This document shows, piece by piece, positions 28,651 to 39,840 of a stretch of DNA of 45,502 bases (position 1 is the first letter of the stretch; each line of letters begins with the position of its first letter). The notes below the pieces were generated by a model that had not been told where the DNA came from, ran no database searches, and saw nothing but the letters and a program-made list of their open reading frames with translations. The DNA lies in the NCBI GenBank assembly GCA_009103225.1, contig RHPI01000008.1, positions 190,911 to 236,412 on the forward strand. Direction: 5' to 3'. The position numbers and the translations under genes were made by a program. The stretch is from Chlorokybus atmophyticus (Eukaryota > Plantae > Mesostigma and Chlorokybus algae).

Positions 28651-31600
28651 GCGGGCGTCCTCGACCGCATTGTTGACAGGCTTGAGCACCTGTCGGCAAT
28701 AAACCACGTTACCGCCGCACAGTCTGCGGCTCAGCAGCAGGCGGGCCGTGGCCAACGCGCTCGGCCTGACAAGTTTTCAGGCGACCGCACCAAGGAAGTA
28801 CGACACTGGCTTGCCGAGCTCAGCCAGTACGCGGAGTACCATAGATGGGACGATGCCGACAAGTGCCCTGAGGTCTCCCTTTTATTAACTGGTACTGTCA
28901 GTGGTTGATTCAGTAATCAACCAATCGACATTGAAACCACCTGGTCCAAGCTCTGTGATGCATTACTTTTTGCCTTTTATGCAACACCAGCTACATCCGC
29001 CTTAGCATGGTCACATATTTTCGCCAAAAAGCAACGTGAACAGGAGACAATCACCGAGTATTTTGTGCGCTTTAATGAAGCCCTAGTGTTTGCGGATGAT
29101 AGTCTGATAGAAAAGACCGAAATTGGTTTGTTTTTAACCACCGTTAAACCACATTATAGCGACAGAGCAGCAACAGCTCAAGCTAACACAATCAAGGAAG
29201 CATTTGCATCAGCAAGGAGGGTGGAAGCAACAATGAATGATTTACAGATCAGTCAGTTGCCCAAAGTGACTTTAAATGCACAGCCAATTGCTCCGAGACC
29301 CCACAGTTAGTTTAACCGCTTACAGCCATGCCAATTTGTTGCCAACAATGGTGGCAACGTACGCCGCTTCACGTTTGTGGCAAGTCACGTCATGATGGCT
29401 ACCAGTCATGTCAGCATGCACAGCAGCGTCCCATGCTGAAATCTAATCAACAGGGGGAACCAGATGTTGTAACTGCAAACCGATATGGCCATTATGCCAA
29501 TAATTGTTGCTTGACAGGCCGCCGCAAGCAGCAGAACGCCATGCTTACTGCCGGCGAGGAGGACACGCCGCTCATCACTTAACTTTACGTTCAAGCAGTG
29601 ACAAACGCGGCAGCAGCAGCTAGAGGCGTATTCACCGTTTATAGCAGGTTTGAGGACAAGCCTGTGAACATTCTTTTGGACACTGGCTCGTCAATTTCGT
29701 CGGTATCCTCTGCCTTCGCCAAGCTTGGCTTGCCAGGCACATCTGCCTCACGTATTACAGTACAATTCAGTGACGGCAACAAAACGCTGATTCCTCTACT
29801 TCCTGCTCAGCAACTCTCCTCAGTGGGGAGGAGTACACACAACGTTGGCGATTCCGAATAGTGCCAACTCAATTGTTTGACGTGGTCCTCGGCACCAACT
29901 GGCTAAGGGCGACGGACTGCAGCGTATCTGCACATGCACTGTAGATCCCTGACGGGACAGTGGCAGAGCTGTCACCTCCGACCATCGTGTGTGCTGCTGT
30001 GTCGACTGCTCAGACACTGACAGCTTCTCAAGCTGCGGCCACAGCTCCATCCGTTCTGACAGCACTCATGCACGATTTTGCCGTGCTGTTTAAGGCGCTA
30101 GACCCAAACAATGACACTGACGCTGTACAACACGTCATTGACACGAGGGACAAAGGGCCGGTTACCGTCAGACAGTACAGGCGCTCAAGTCAAGAACATT
30201 TTGATTGAAGGTCTTGTCAAAGATCCACTTGAGGGGGCCTTTATAGTTCCATCCTCTTCGGAGTGGTGCAGCCAGGTTGTTCTTGTTGACAAGCCTAATG
30301 GCAGCAAACGTTTCTGCATCGACTACCGTGCTCTGAACGATGTGACAGTCAAAGCCAAGTATACTCTGCCTAGCATAGATGCTATGTTCAACAAGCTGCA
30401 AGGATACAACGTATTTTCCAAAGATGGATGCGGCCTCTGGCTTTTAGCAAGTACGCATGCATCCTGACAGCCGCACCAAGACAGCATTTCAGACGATCTC
30501 AGGTCTGTACGAGTGGATAGTAATGCCTTTCGGCCTATGCAACGCGCCAGCAACTTTTCAACGCCTTATGCACAGTGTCCTACATGACCTGCTTGTTGGT
30601 ACTTATCTTCCTTAACGACATCCTCGTCTGCTCACACAACGAAGAGGAGCACGCTGCTCACCTACGACAAGTGTTTGAGCGGCTAAAAGCAGCAGGCATC
30701 GTACTCAAGCCTACGAAGTGCCTATTCGTTGTGTCAATGTCAAAGTTCCTTGGCTTTATCAGGTCTTCAGAAGGCCTGCGCGCTGACCCTGACAAGACTG
30801 CTGCCAAAGTGAGTACCCTTAACCTTAAGGTGTCAAGGCAGTACGTCATTTCCTTTGCAAGTGTGCGTTCTACGCACGTTTCGTCCCTGGTTTTACTACC
30901 GTGTCGGCACCCTTGCGTGCCCTTATGTGCAAAGACGTTGCCTTTGACTGGACAAAGGAGTGTCAAGTTGCATTCGTTCAATTGAAGACGGCCTTGGCCT
31001 CTGCACCCCTGCTTCACTTCCATGACTTTACAACAAGCTTTGTGCTACGCACGGACCGAAGCAATTATGGGCTCGGACTTGTGTTGCTACTCTCGCACGC
31101 ATGATGCGTATGCGCTGTTGTTGTTCGCGTCACGCTCGTTGATCACGGCGGAGAAGAACACCACGTCAAAGCGCGAGTGTCTCGCGGTGGCGTGGGCATC
31201 CAACAAGCTTCATCCCTACCTACATGGTGCGGATGTGCAACTCGAGACCCACCATACCGCATTTGTGTAACTCTTGCGCACTAAGCAACCTAAGGGCCGC
31301 ATCGCGCGTTGGGTGTTGTCGTTGCAAGCTTGCAACTTCACTATCTCGCAACGGTCAGGAGCATTGTGTGGTGATGTTGACGCGCTCTCGCGCGCGCCGT
31401 TGATAATATTTAAGCATCACGCTTGGTGTTGGAAATGCCATCACGCAGGCCGCGCAGCAACATCGCACATTTCACAACAACTAGCAGTGACAGCAATGCA
31501 CATCGGCAACAGCCTGAGGGAACGTAGTGGGAGTACTGCACAGACTTCACAACCTGCAAGTTCTCCCCCTGGCTACTCATCCTTCATTGCTGACCTCTAC

Positions 31601-33228
31601 CAAGAACTCCATGCTGGCTCTTGCAACCCTACTGAGCCCTATGAAGACAACCACAGCACCGGCGCCCTCGCCGCTGCTCCTGAGGCGTTGCCGGCCTTGC
31701 TGTTCAAGACATCGCCAGCACCGCCCCTTCAGCGTATTCTGCTCCAAAATAAGCGGAATACGCCATCTCCGACGGTAGGGACAAGTCCGTCACCTTCCTT
31801 TCTTCCTGCTCTTCCGGACTTACTACCTAATTGGCCACCGCCGCCGCTGGCCTCGCCACAGACGCCACAAACCACGCCGCCGCCGACTTCCTAGCCCAGT
31901 CCAACCAGGCTAGCCCTGCCCAGCGTAACCGAGTTACGCGAGGCCCAGATATTGAACTCTGCGATATCTAAGGTCCGGAATATCTTGGAAGCTGACGTTG
32001 CAGGTAGCATCCCCAGCAAGTACAGTCTACCCCTTTTAAGAGCATACCCTTTTTTCTCCGCTATCTTGTGCTCTTGGCAGGGTAATTCTCTTGACGTCCA
32101 AGAGCACGTTATGCTCTTGGGTGTCAAGAGCATAAACATGCTTTAAGCGCGGTTTCATCATGCCCATCACGCCCGTTACGTCACGCGCATCACGTCACGT
32201 TCGTCGCGTCGTTACCTTAATTACGATGATTGCGCATCATACCTTGCCTATCACGCCCTAATCGTCACACTCATCACGCCTTATGCCACACCCGTCACGT
32301 CTCCTCCCTCGATGCCAGGAATATACACACTCAAACTTGCAAATTTAATGAAAAAAAATATGCTCTTCGCGGTTAGTCATATTCTCTGAAGCACCAACAT
32401 TTGTTTGTAAAACCATTGATGATCTCACATTCTATGCTGTTAGCGGGGTTAGTCTCTTGGAGCGAAGTCTCTTAGCGGGGCTAGATTGTACCTTGATTTC
32501 GTACTCGGTACACGGCGCGCCTGATATAGGCAAATCTGCCGTACTCGCGCGTGCAGGATTTAACGTGCGCCTCCTCATTCCGGCGCACTACAAGCAACTT
32601 GATCTGGCCGCCTGTCATAATGACCCATTAATAGGCCACCTAGGCTTTCACAAAACCTCGAAGCGCGTGCGCTCATCGTACTTTTGGCACGGCTTTCGCG
32701 CGAACGTGCACAACTTTGTCAAATCATGTGACACCTGTCAGCGCCACAATAATGCTCACAATCGCGGGCCTGCTTCAGCCAAGCACTGTTACCGAACCGT
32801 TCGATCTGCTGGGTTGGGACATTACCGGTCCTTTGCCAACGTCAGTAAACGGCAATCAGTACATCATTGTGTGTTCAAAGTACGTGACACGCTGAACAGA
32901 GACGGCACCCATCGCTGCTGTTAATGCTGACACTGTGGCATCTTTTCTCCTCGTCATCATCAAATGCCACGGCTGTCCCCAAAAGATTTTATCTTTATGG
33001 ATTATGGCTCTTATTTTACCGGTGATGTGATGGCGCGCATCGCCAATGCCCTTGGCATTGCACAAACTTTTCACCGCATCGTACCAACCTCAATAAGACG
33101 GCTTGATTGAGCGTATGAACAGAACGCTCAAGCGAAAAACTGCCAAGTTTATCAACGAGTTCCATAACAATTGGACCACATTTTCGGGGCTGTGACCTTT
33201 GCATACAACACCAAAGACTATTTGTGAA
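28648..33228 (+). mobile_element. Ty3/Gypsy element A, heavily decayed internal region (gag-CCHC-PR-RT-RH-INT)
   Basis: gag RPDKFSGD...VRHWL; CCHC remnant at ~29463-29510; LLDTGSS protease; KRFCIDYRALN; IARWVL...DVDALSR; CHNDPLIGHLG...CDTCQ; FAYNT. Many stops and frameshifts; no LTR identified. Confidence 0.88.
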
Positions 33229-33755
33229 TGTATCAGCACCACCATCGCCGGTGATGCCCCTTCAATCCTCTACCCCAACACCCACACCGCCCATGACAAG
33301 CCTTTCAACGGCGTGGCCGCCACGGAGCAGCGAACTGAAAGTGCCTAACATCAGTTTGATGTGACCTTTTATATCAAGAGTATATCAAACATATACCTCT
33401 CGATAACTAACTCACAGCTAGACATCGACCCTACAGATAAAGTGCTTAGGAAATCTAGCGTGAGCAAATCACAGCTTGGATAAAGTACCTATCAATTAGG
33501 TACCTATCGAGAGATACCTATCGTAAGGTACATAACGAGATAGTGACCACATTATATCAAATATGACACTAAATAGGCTTTCATAAGCGGTTCTACACCC
33601 ATTGAGACTTATTTAAGCTATGATAAAGCATCATAGCCTTTAATAAGCGAGGAACCGTAGAAAAGAGGTATAAATAAGCATATTTAGGTACTTATTTATA
33701 CAGAATGCGTTATTTAGGTAGCAATAGTACCCCTATTATTATTGCTCCCGTTACA
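33229..33755 (-). repeat. 3' LTR of element B (527 bp, TGTAAC...TACA), preceded by PPT AAGTGGGGGGGAA at 33756-33768
   Basis: TG...CA termini on the minus strand, adjacent purine tract, and homology to 39510-39840. Confidence 0.85.
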
Positions 33756-33901
33756 TTCCCCCCCACTTAGGTTTTCAACGTCCTCGTTGAACTCAAGTTG
33801 ATCAGGCTTGATTTCGAGTGATTGTAACCAGTGACATAGCGAGAAAAGACAGGGTGGTAATGAAACGCACTGCCAGTCTGTCATAAAACCAAGCCCACAG
33901 T

Positions 33902-34096
33902 TTATGGGACAGGACGTGAATCCCAATAGACTCGAAGCAACTCGCGGCAATGCGTAAGATGCCTGTCGGGCTCCCAACTACTATGTTCTGGGCCATACCC
34001 TTTCCATTTCACCAAATAGCGAGTTGCGCGTCCTCGACTATTTAACTTATGGTTCAATATAGCTTCCACCTCGTATTCAAGCTCGCTGTCCACCAA
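33902..34096 (-). CDS. Integrase-associated chromodomain of element B
   Basis: YEVEAILNHK...YLVKWKGYGPEHSSWEP with the aromatic cage residues Y/W/Y retained. Confidence 0.92.
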   Translation of the reverse strand: MVDSELEYEVEAILNHKLNSRGRATRYLVKWKGYGPEHSSWEPDRHLTHCRELLRVYWDSRPVP

Positions 34097-37000
34097 CTGG
34101 CGGTGGTGGAGGCTGTGTTCTACCGTTTAAGCGGTAAGGTTTTAACAAGTTTACATGGAACGTTTTGTATACGCACACTTGCGGGCAATTGCAGTCGATA
34201 AGCGTGCATACCAACTCTATCAGTGATAGAGAAAGGACCTAACCATCGGGGCAGCAACTTGCGAGCACCCGTACCTTTAATGGTTATGTTTTTTGCGTTA
34301 AGCAAAATTGTATCGCCGACATCGAAAGTGGCCATTCTTCGATGTGTATCAGCATAAGCTTTCTGCCTGTCCTGTGCTTCTGACAGACATAGCTTGGCTC
34401 GAGCCAAAGCAGCCGCAGCATTGCCTCTTGCATATCAGTAGCAAATTCCTTTGCCGCTGGTACAGTCAGGGCGTTGCGAGGTACACGCAATGACGCTGGT
34501 GTGTTCGGGCGAATCCCATAATTCAAAAAACGGGGTTTCCTTTACACTTCTTGCCACGCGTTGTTCACAGCGAACTTTTGCCATTGGCAAGTACCTGTCC
34601 CAATCAGCATGGTTTGGAGCCACATAGTGGCGAAGCATTTCTTCTTGTATTTGATTTGCTCGCTCAGTTTGTCCATCCGTTTGCGGGTGGAAAGCAATCG
34701 ACATTTATGTTTTACCCCCAACAATTCACAGACTTCTCTCCAAAACTTGGAGACAAAACGAGGATCACGAGCTGTGATAAGCTCACGCGGTACACCGTGA
34801 ACTCGAAAGACCGTTGACACAAACAAATGTGCCAAGTCCCGTGCACTCACAACTGTGCAACACGGGGCAAAATGCACCATTTTTGTCAAACGGTTGACAA
34901 AAAGCACAATAGCATTGTATTTGGCTGCTGTTCTAGGTAGGTCAGTAATCAAATCCATACTGACACTATCCCACTTTTGTTCTGGAAATACCGTGGTTTA
35001 AGCAATCCCGTTTGTTTTTGTCGTAGTGGCTTATTACGTTAACACACGTCAAATGTGCGAGTATATTGATCCACATCAGCTGACATTGACGGCCACCAGT
35101 ACATCTGTTGCGCAGCTTTGAGTGTTTTGTGTTTCCCCAAATGCCCAGCATATGGCGGGGTCATGCACTGAATGTAAGCATTGCGTACACAAGTCGCTCG
35201 AGTTGGGAATTGCCAACTGCTCCCCTTTACACCACAGATTGCTAACAGTAGTAAGCTGTTGTAAGTTGGTTTGACCGCTAAACCAATCATCTGAGTTATA
35301 ACCTGTGGACACTTCCTTTAGGAAAGGATCTCCAGGCTGTTGCACATTACGCGTACTTTGAGAGCGCGTAAGTGCCAAAAGAGCAGGGCTACGACTTAGT
35401 GGATCCGCCACATTGGTGCGACCTGGACGGTATTGCCAAGTGAAAGTAAAATGAGAAATGAATTCATTCCACCTAGCTTGCCGCCTCGGCAGGTTCTGTT
35501 GCGTATGAAAGAATGTGAGCGGGTTGTGATCAGTAATCACTGAAAACTGCACACACCTTCCAAATAGCAACGCCATGTGCGCAGCGCGCGCACCACCCCA
35601 AGCAATTCCTGCTTAGTGGTTGTGTAATTACGTTCAGCAGGACTGAACTTTTTGCTATTATATGCACATGGTCTGTCATCCTGTAGAAGGACTGCCCCGC
35701 ACCTAATGGTGGAAGCATCACTGATCACTACAAAAGGCTTGGTGTGGTCGGGGAAGGCTAACACAAGGGCTAGTGTTAATGCATCCTTGATGCGTGTAAA
35801 AGCAACCTCGTGTGCCTCCGTCCACACAAATTTAACATCTTTTCTCAGTAAAGAGTGTTAAAGGATTTGCCATGCTAGAATATGCTTGCATGAACTTGAA
35901 ATAATTGGCTAGCCCCAAGAAAGCACATAACTGATGTACATCCTTGGGTGGTGGCCAATCCTTCACCGCACACACATTTTGAGGATCTGGTTTCAATCCT
36001 TCCTTTGCCAATCACATGCCCTAAAAAGGGTAGTTCATCCTTTGCAAAACTGCAATTGGACAGGTTGGCATAGAATTTGTGTTCGCGTAACTTAGCTAGA
36101 ACCAATTCCACATGCCTGTGGTGGTCCTCCCAGGTTTTGCTGAACACAATACGAGGAATATGTCGTCAAGATTTACAAGTACAAACGTGTACAATTCATC
36201 AGCAAATACCGCGTTTATTGCTGTTTGAAATATAGCCGGTGCATTTGTTAACCCACATGGTAGCACTTTATACTTAAAGTGTCCTAGTGGGGTGCGAAAT
36301 GCAATTTCTTGTAAATCCGACGGGTGGATTTTGATCTGATGATAACCACTGGTTAAGTCCAGTGTGCTGAACACTGTTGCACCTGACAGCTTATTAAACA
36401 AATCATCCATCCGAGGCAAAGGGTATCTGTTTTTCACAGTTACCTAGTTCAACGCACGGTAATCAATACACATGCGTAGCTTGCCATTCTTTTTGGGCAC
36501 AAACAAGATTGGCGCACAAAAAGAAGATGTGCTCTTTGTTATTAAACCTTTGTCCAATAACTCTTTGAGCTGTTTTTCCATTTTCGTGTGTTCTAAGGGA
36601 CTTAGCCTATAGATAGGCCGCCAAGGTGGCTTTGCCCCCTCTTCCAACGGAATGGTATGATGTATGTTTCTATCAGGAGGCAATCCCGGGAGTTCATCTT
36701 GAAAAATTATCTGCATATTGTTCCGTAAGTGATTGCACTACAGGGTCAGTTACGGCCTGTTTAACAGGTGTCTCTACCTGTCGTAAGTGCATAAAATATA
36801 CTTCCTCACGGTTGCGCACGCAACGTTTCAGTTGCATAGCAGAGAGGAGCGGAACATTGTCGCGAGCAACACCTGCGAGTACAAATGCGATTAACGTCAC
36901 CTTACGTTTACCCTTACGAAGGGTGCACGTATTTGCTCAAGAGTCCAATTGCAAACCTGCTTCGGTGTGCCACTGTTCACCCAAAATAACATCCACCCCG

Positions 37001-37650
37001 GGGATACCTATATCCATTACGATCAAAGTTGGTCGAGTCTTGTGGCTATTAATAAAAAAACGCCCCTTCACCTCCCCAATTGCATTAAGGGTGGGACTAG
37101 CAGCACGTACATACGACGCGACTGGTGTGAAAGGTATGATAGTACGTTTCACCCAAGCATGTTCAACAAAGTTATGGTTTGCACCAGTATCAATCAATGC
37201 TGTACATGGTGTACCCATAAGTTTACTCTTAAATCTCCATTTGAGTGGCACTGAGTGACCATCGAATGTAGCTAATGTCGGAGTGCCGTGATTGGTAGCA
37301 GGCTTGATAAAGATCACTTGCAACGGTGAAGCTCCTGTATCCTTGCGTGAGAGTTGCATAATTACTTCTCCCCCTTTCAACAATCACGACCACGGGCCAT
37401 GATATTGAGGGATAACTACACATGCAGTGACAGCATGTTGTAATTGCAACTCGTGTAAGTGCTTAACAGCAGTTACTAATTCAGAGAATAAAACATTGAT
37501 TAAAACACAACCGTTTGCATTTGTCAACACAGGTGGCGTGCTCATATTAGTCCATACATCTAATACATCACAAAAAGAGGAAACTTTATCAAGAAGTACA
37601 GAGTTTTTAAAGTCGTTCTGCTCGACTAAGCTACCAACCACGGACAATTC

Positions 37651-38859
37651 CTATTTTTTGCCCCTCCGCTGCTTGGCCATCTGTGCATTCTGCTTTGCAT
37701 AGCACTTGGCCTTCCCATGACCTGTCTTCTTGCAGAAACTGCAACTGATGATGGATTTGGCCGCGTCGTAGGGGCCAGCAGAATGAGATGTTTTCGCCTT
37801 TTTCACAAAAGGTTTGTTATTAATGGCCGGGCGCTTTGCAGCTGAAACCGGGGCTGCCTCTTTTGCTGTGGTTTGCATGTTTGCGTAAGAGCGCTTCACA
37901 CTGTCCACAGCCGCAACCATCTGCATCAGCATTGGTAAATCCGTCGAGGCCCACTCTTGCAAACTCGCGGGGTTGACGGCCACATGCTGCACGAGGTCTG
38001 TGTCCAAGCCACGCCTGAACATGACCAGCTGATCAGCATCACTAATAGGTAGTTTGCCAGCATTGATCTTGCTGATAAACACCTGAAAATCTTGGATATA
38101 CTGCTGAACCAGATGCTCGTTCTGACGCAGATTGTGCAGCTGGTTGCGAGCAACCTTGGCAGGATCTGCGCCACCATAGCGCTGCTCCATGAAAGAGCAC
38201 AACTGATTCACTTCCCGCCCGAGGTTCGCATCCCGTTGCTTACGGCGGTACCATTCTGCCAGAGCATCGCTTGGGATCAGCAACTCAGATACACGCAACT
38301 TCCCCTCCTCAGAAATGTAAAGGGAGTTGACATAGTGTCTCAGCTTTACGAGCCAATCAAAAATTGCCGCTTGTTTGTTGGGAACAAACTCGGCAGATCG
38401 AGCAAGCGCCTGAACAGGTGGACCACTGACAGAGCGTTGAAGGCGCTCGATCATGTTCAGAACACGTTTGCCTTCACCCATCGATCCCTCCCAATCTCGC
38501 CCCATAGAGGTGGTGAGCTTTGAGATATGTTCCGCCACATGAAAGACGAAGCTGACGAGCGAGACAATCGCCTCACGAGGCTCCTCATCATAAGTGCCAA
38601 GAAAGTGGTCCATCAACTCCTGTTTTGTCAAGCAAATTGAGATTCCAGGCTGCACGAATGATGGTGGTAGTGGTGGCCCGTTTGGTTCCACCAAGCCATC
38701 CACATCCTTAGCAGCATGAGACTCATCAGGTGCATCATCCGGGTTGAAAATATCCTCCATAGATGAAAACTCCTCCTCACGGGATAATTGCTCGTTTTGC
38801 GAGCTTTCCCCTTTGAGGTGGGCACCGAGTTCTCTTCCATTCGTTTGCAAAATAGGCAA
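37651..38859 (-). CDS. gag: Gag of element B (402 aa, open, C-terminal CCHC knuckle)
   Basis: IFDWL...A.EWY...ARNQLHNLRQ...VQQYIQDF...FRRGL...CSFCKKTGHGKAKC. Confidence 0.88.
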   Translation of the reverse strand: MPILQTNGRELGAHLKGESSQNEQLSREEEFSSMEDIFNPDDAPDESHAAKDVDGLVEPNGPPLPPSFVQPGISICLTKQELMDHFLGTYDEEPREAIVSLVSFVFHVAEHISKLTTSMGRDWEGSMGEGKRVLNMIERLQRSVSGPPVQALARSAEFVPNKQAAIFDWLVKLRHYVNSLYISEEGKLRVSELLIPSDALAEWYRRKQRDANLGREVNQLCSFMEQRYGGADPAKVARNQLHNLRQNEHLVQQYIQDFQVFISKINAGKLPISDADQLVMFRRGLDTDLVQHVAVNPASLQEWASTDLPMLMQMVAAVDSVKRSYANMQTTAKEAAPVSAAKRPAINNKPFVKKAKTSHSAGPYDAAKSIISCSFCKKTGHGKAKCYAKQNAQMAKQRRGKK

Positions 38860-39349
38860 AATGGAATGGTGAGAACCTCATCAATGGATCAGGTTCAACG
38901 AGAGGATAGAAATGACCCCAAGTTGTGAAAGTCTCCCAAACAGAGTCCAAACCAGTCCTCAAAACAGGAAAGGTTGGATCTGGTGTGTCACCAAACACAA
39001 CAAGTCTGAATGGGACCAGAATGTCCTAACCCTGTGTTGTCCTTAGCCAAGTCCCAATCTCCAGGCTGAATCTAGAGGGGGAGGGTTTCAGACTAACAGT
39101 GTTTGGGAACAGAATGTCCTAGAACCTCCCCAAAACTGTTCTAACCAAGTCCCGATCTCCAGGCTGAAGCGAGAGGGGGAGGGTTTGGGAACAGCTTGGT
39201 TTGGAACTTACGGACCCGAGTCAAGCGACCCGGAAAAGCAGCTCACACGTGGAAAGGCCGCCTCTTTGATGGGTGGCTTCAACATGGAGGTAGCGCAGGG
39301 AAGCTAACTTGAAGCTTGGGCTGCGTGGACGAATAGGAAGCCGCCGCCT

Positions 39350-39512
39350 TCTGATTGGCCGAAAGCAGGTTGCCGCCCCCTATAAGTATCCACGTCACCC
39401 CCAAGCTCCTGGATACCAATGTACGACGGTGGTGCTGTTACATTGGTATCCAGGAGCTTGGGGGTGACGTGGATACTTATAGGGGGCGGCAACCCGCTTT
39501 CGGCCAATCAGA
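39350..39512. repeat. Near-perfect inverted repeat with 74-bp arms and a 15-nt loop
   Basis: 39350-39423 is the reverse complement of 39439-39512 with one mismatch. Confidence 0.95.
39405..39418 (-). promoter_or_regulatory. Primer-binding site of element B (TGGTATCCAGGAGC, iMet-tRNA-like core)
   Basis: Follows the LTR end ...TACA+T. The first 7 nt match the canonical TGGTATC(AGAGC) iMet PBS. Confidence 0.65.
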
Positions 39513-39840
39513 GCACCACCGTCGCCGGTGATGCTACTTCAATCCTCTACCCCAACACCCACACCGCCTATAACGAGCCTTTCAACGGCGTGGCCGCCAC
39601 GGAGCAGAGAACTGAAAGCGCCTCACATCACTTTGATGTGACCTTTTATATCAAGAGTATACTGAATATATACCTCTCGATAATTAACTCACAACTAGTC
39701 ATCGACCCTACAGATAGGGTAGTCAGGAAATCTACCGTGAGCCAATCACAGCTCAGATAAGGTACCTATCGATAAGGTACCTATCAAAAGATACCTATCG
39801 TAAGGTACCTGACGAGATAGTGATCACATTATATCAAATG

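Larger units (their letters stand above)
33229..39840 (-). mobile_element. Ty3/Gypsy element B (chromovirus): intact gag, decayed pol, chromodomain, both LTRs (5' LTR interrupted by element C)
   Basis: gag ORF with CSFCKKTGHGKAKC; ALIDTGAN; KLRMCIDYRALN; VNLDD; VISDAS; integrase DLITDLP and HPQTDGQTER; chromodomain. Direct repeat 33232-33561 vs ~39510-39839; PPT and PBS present. Confidence 0.93.
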
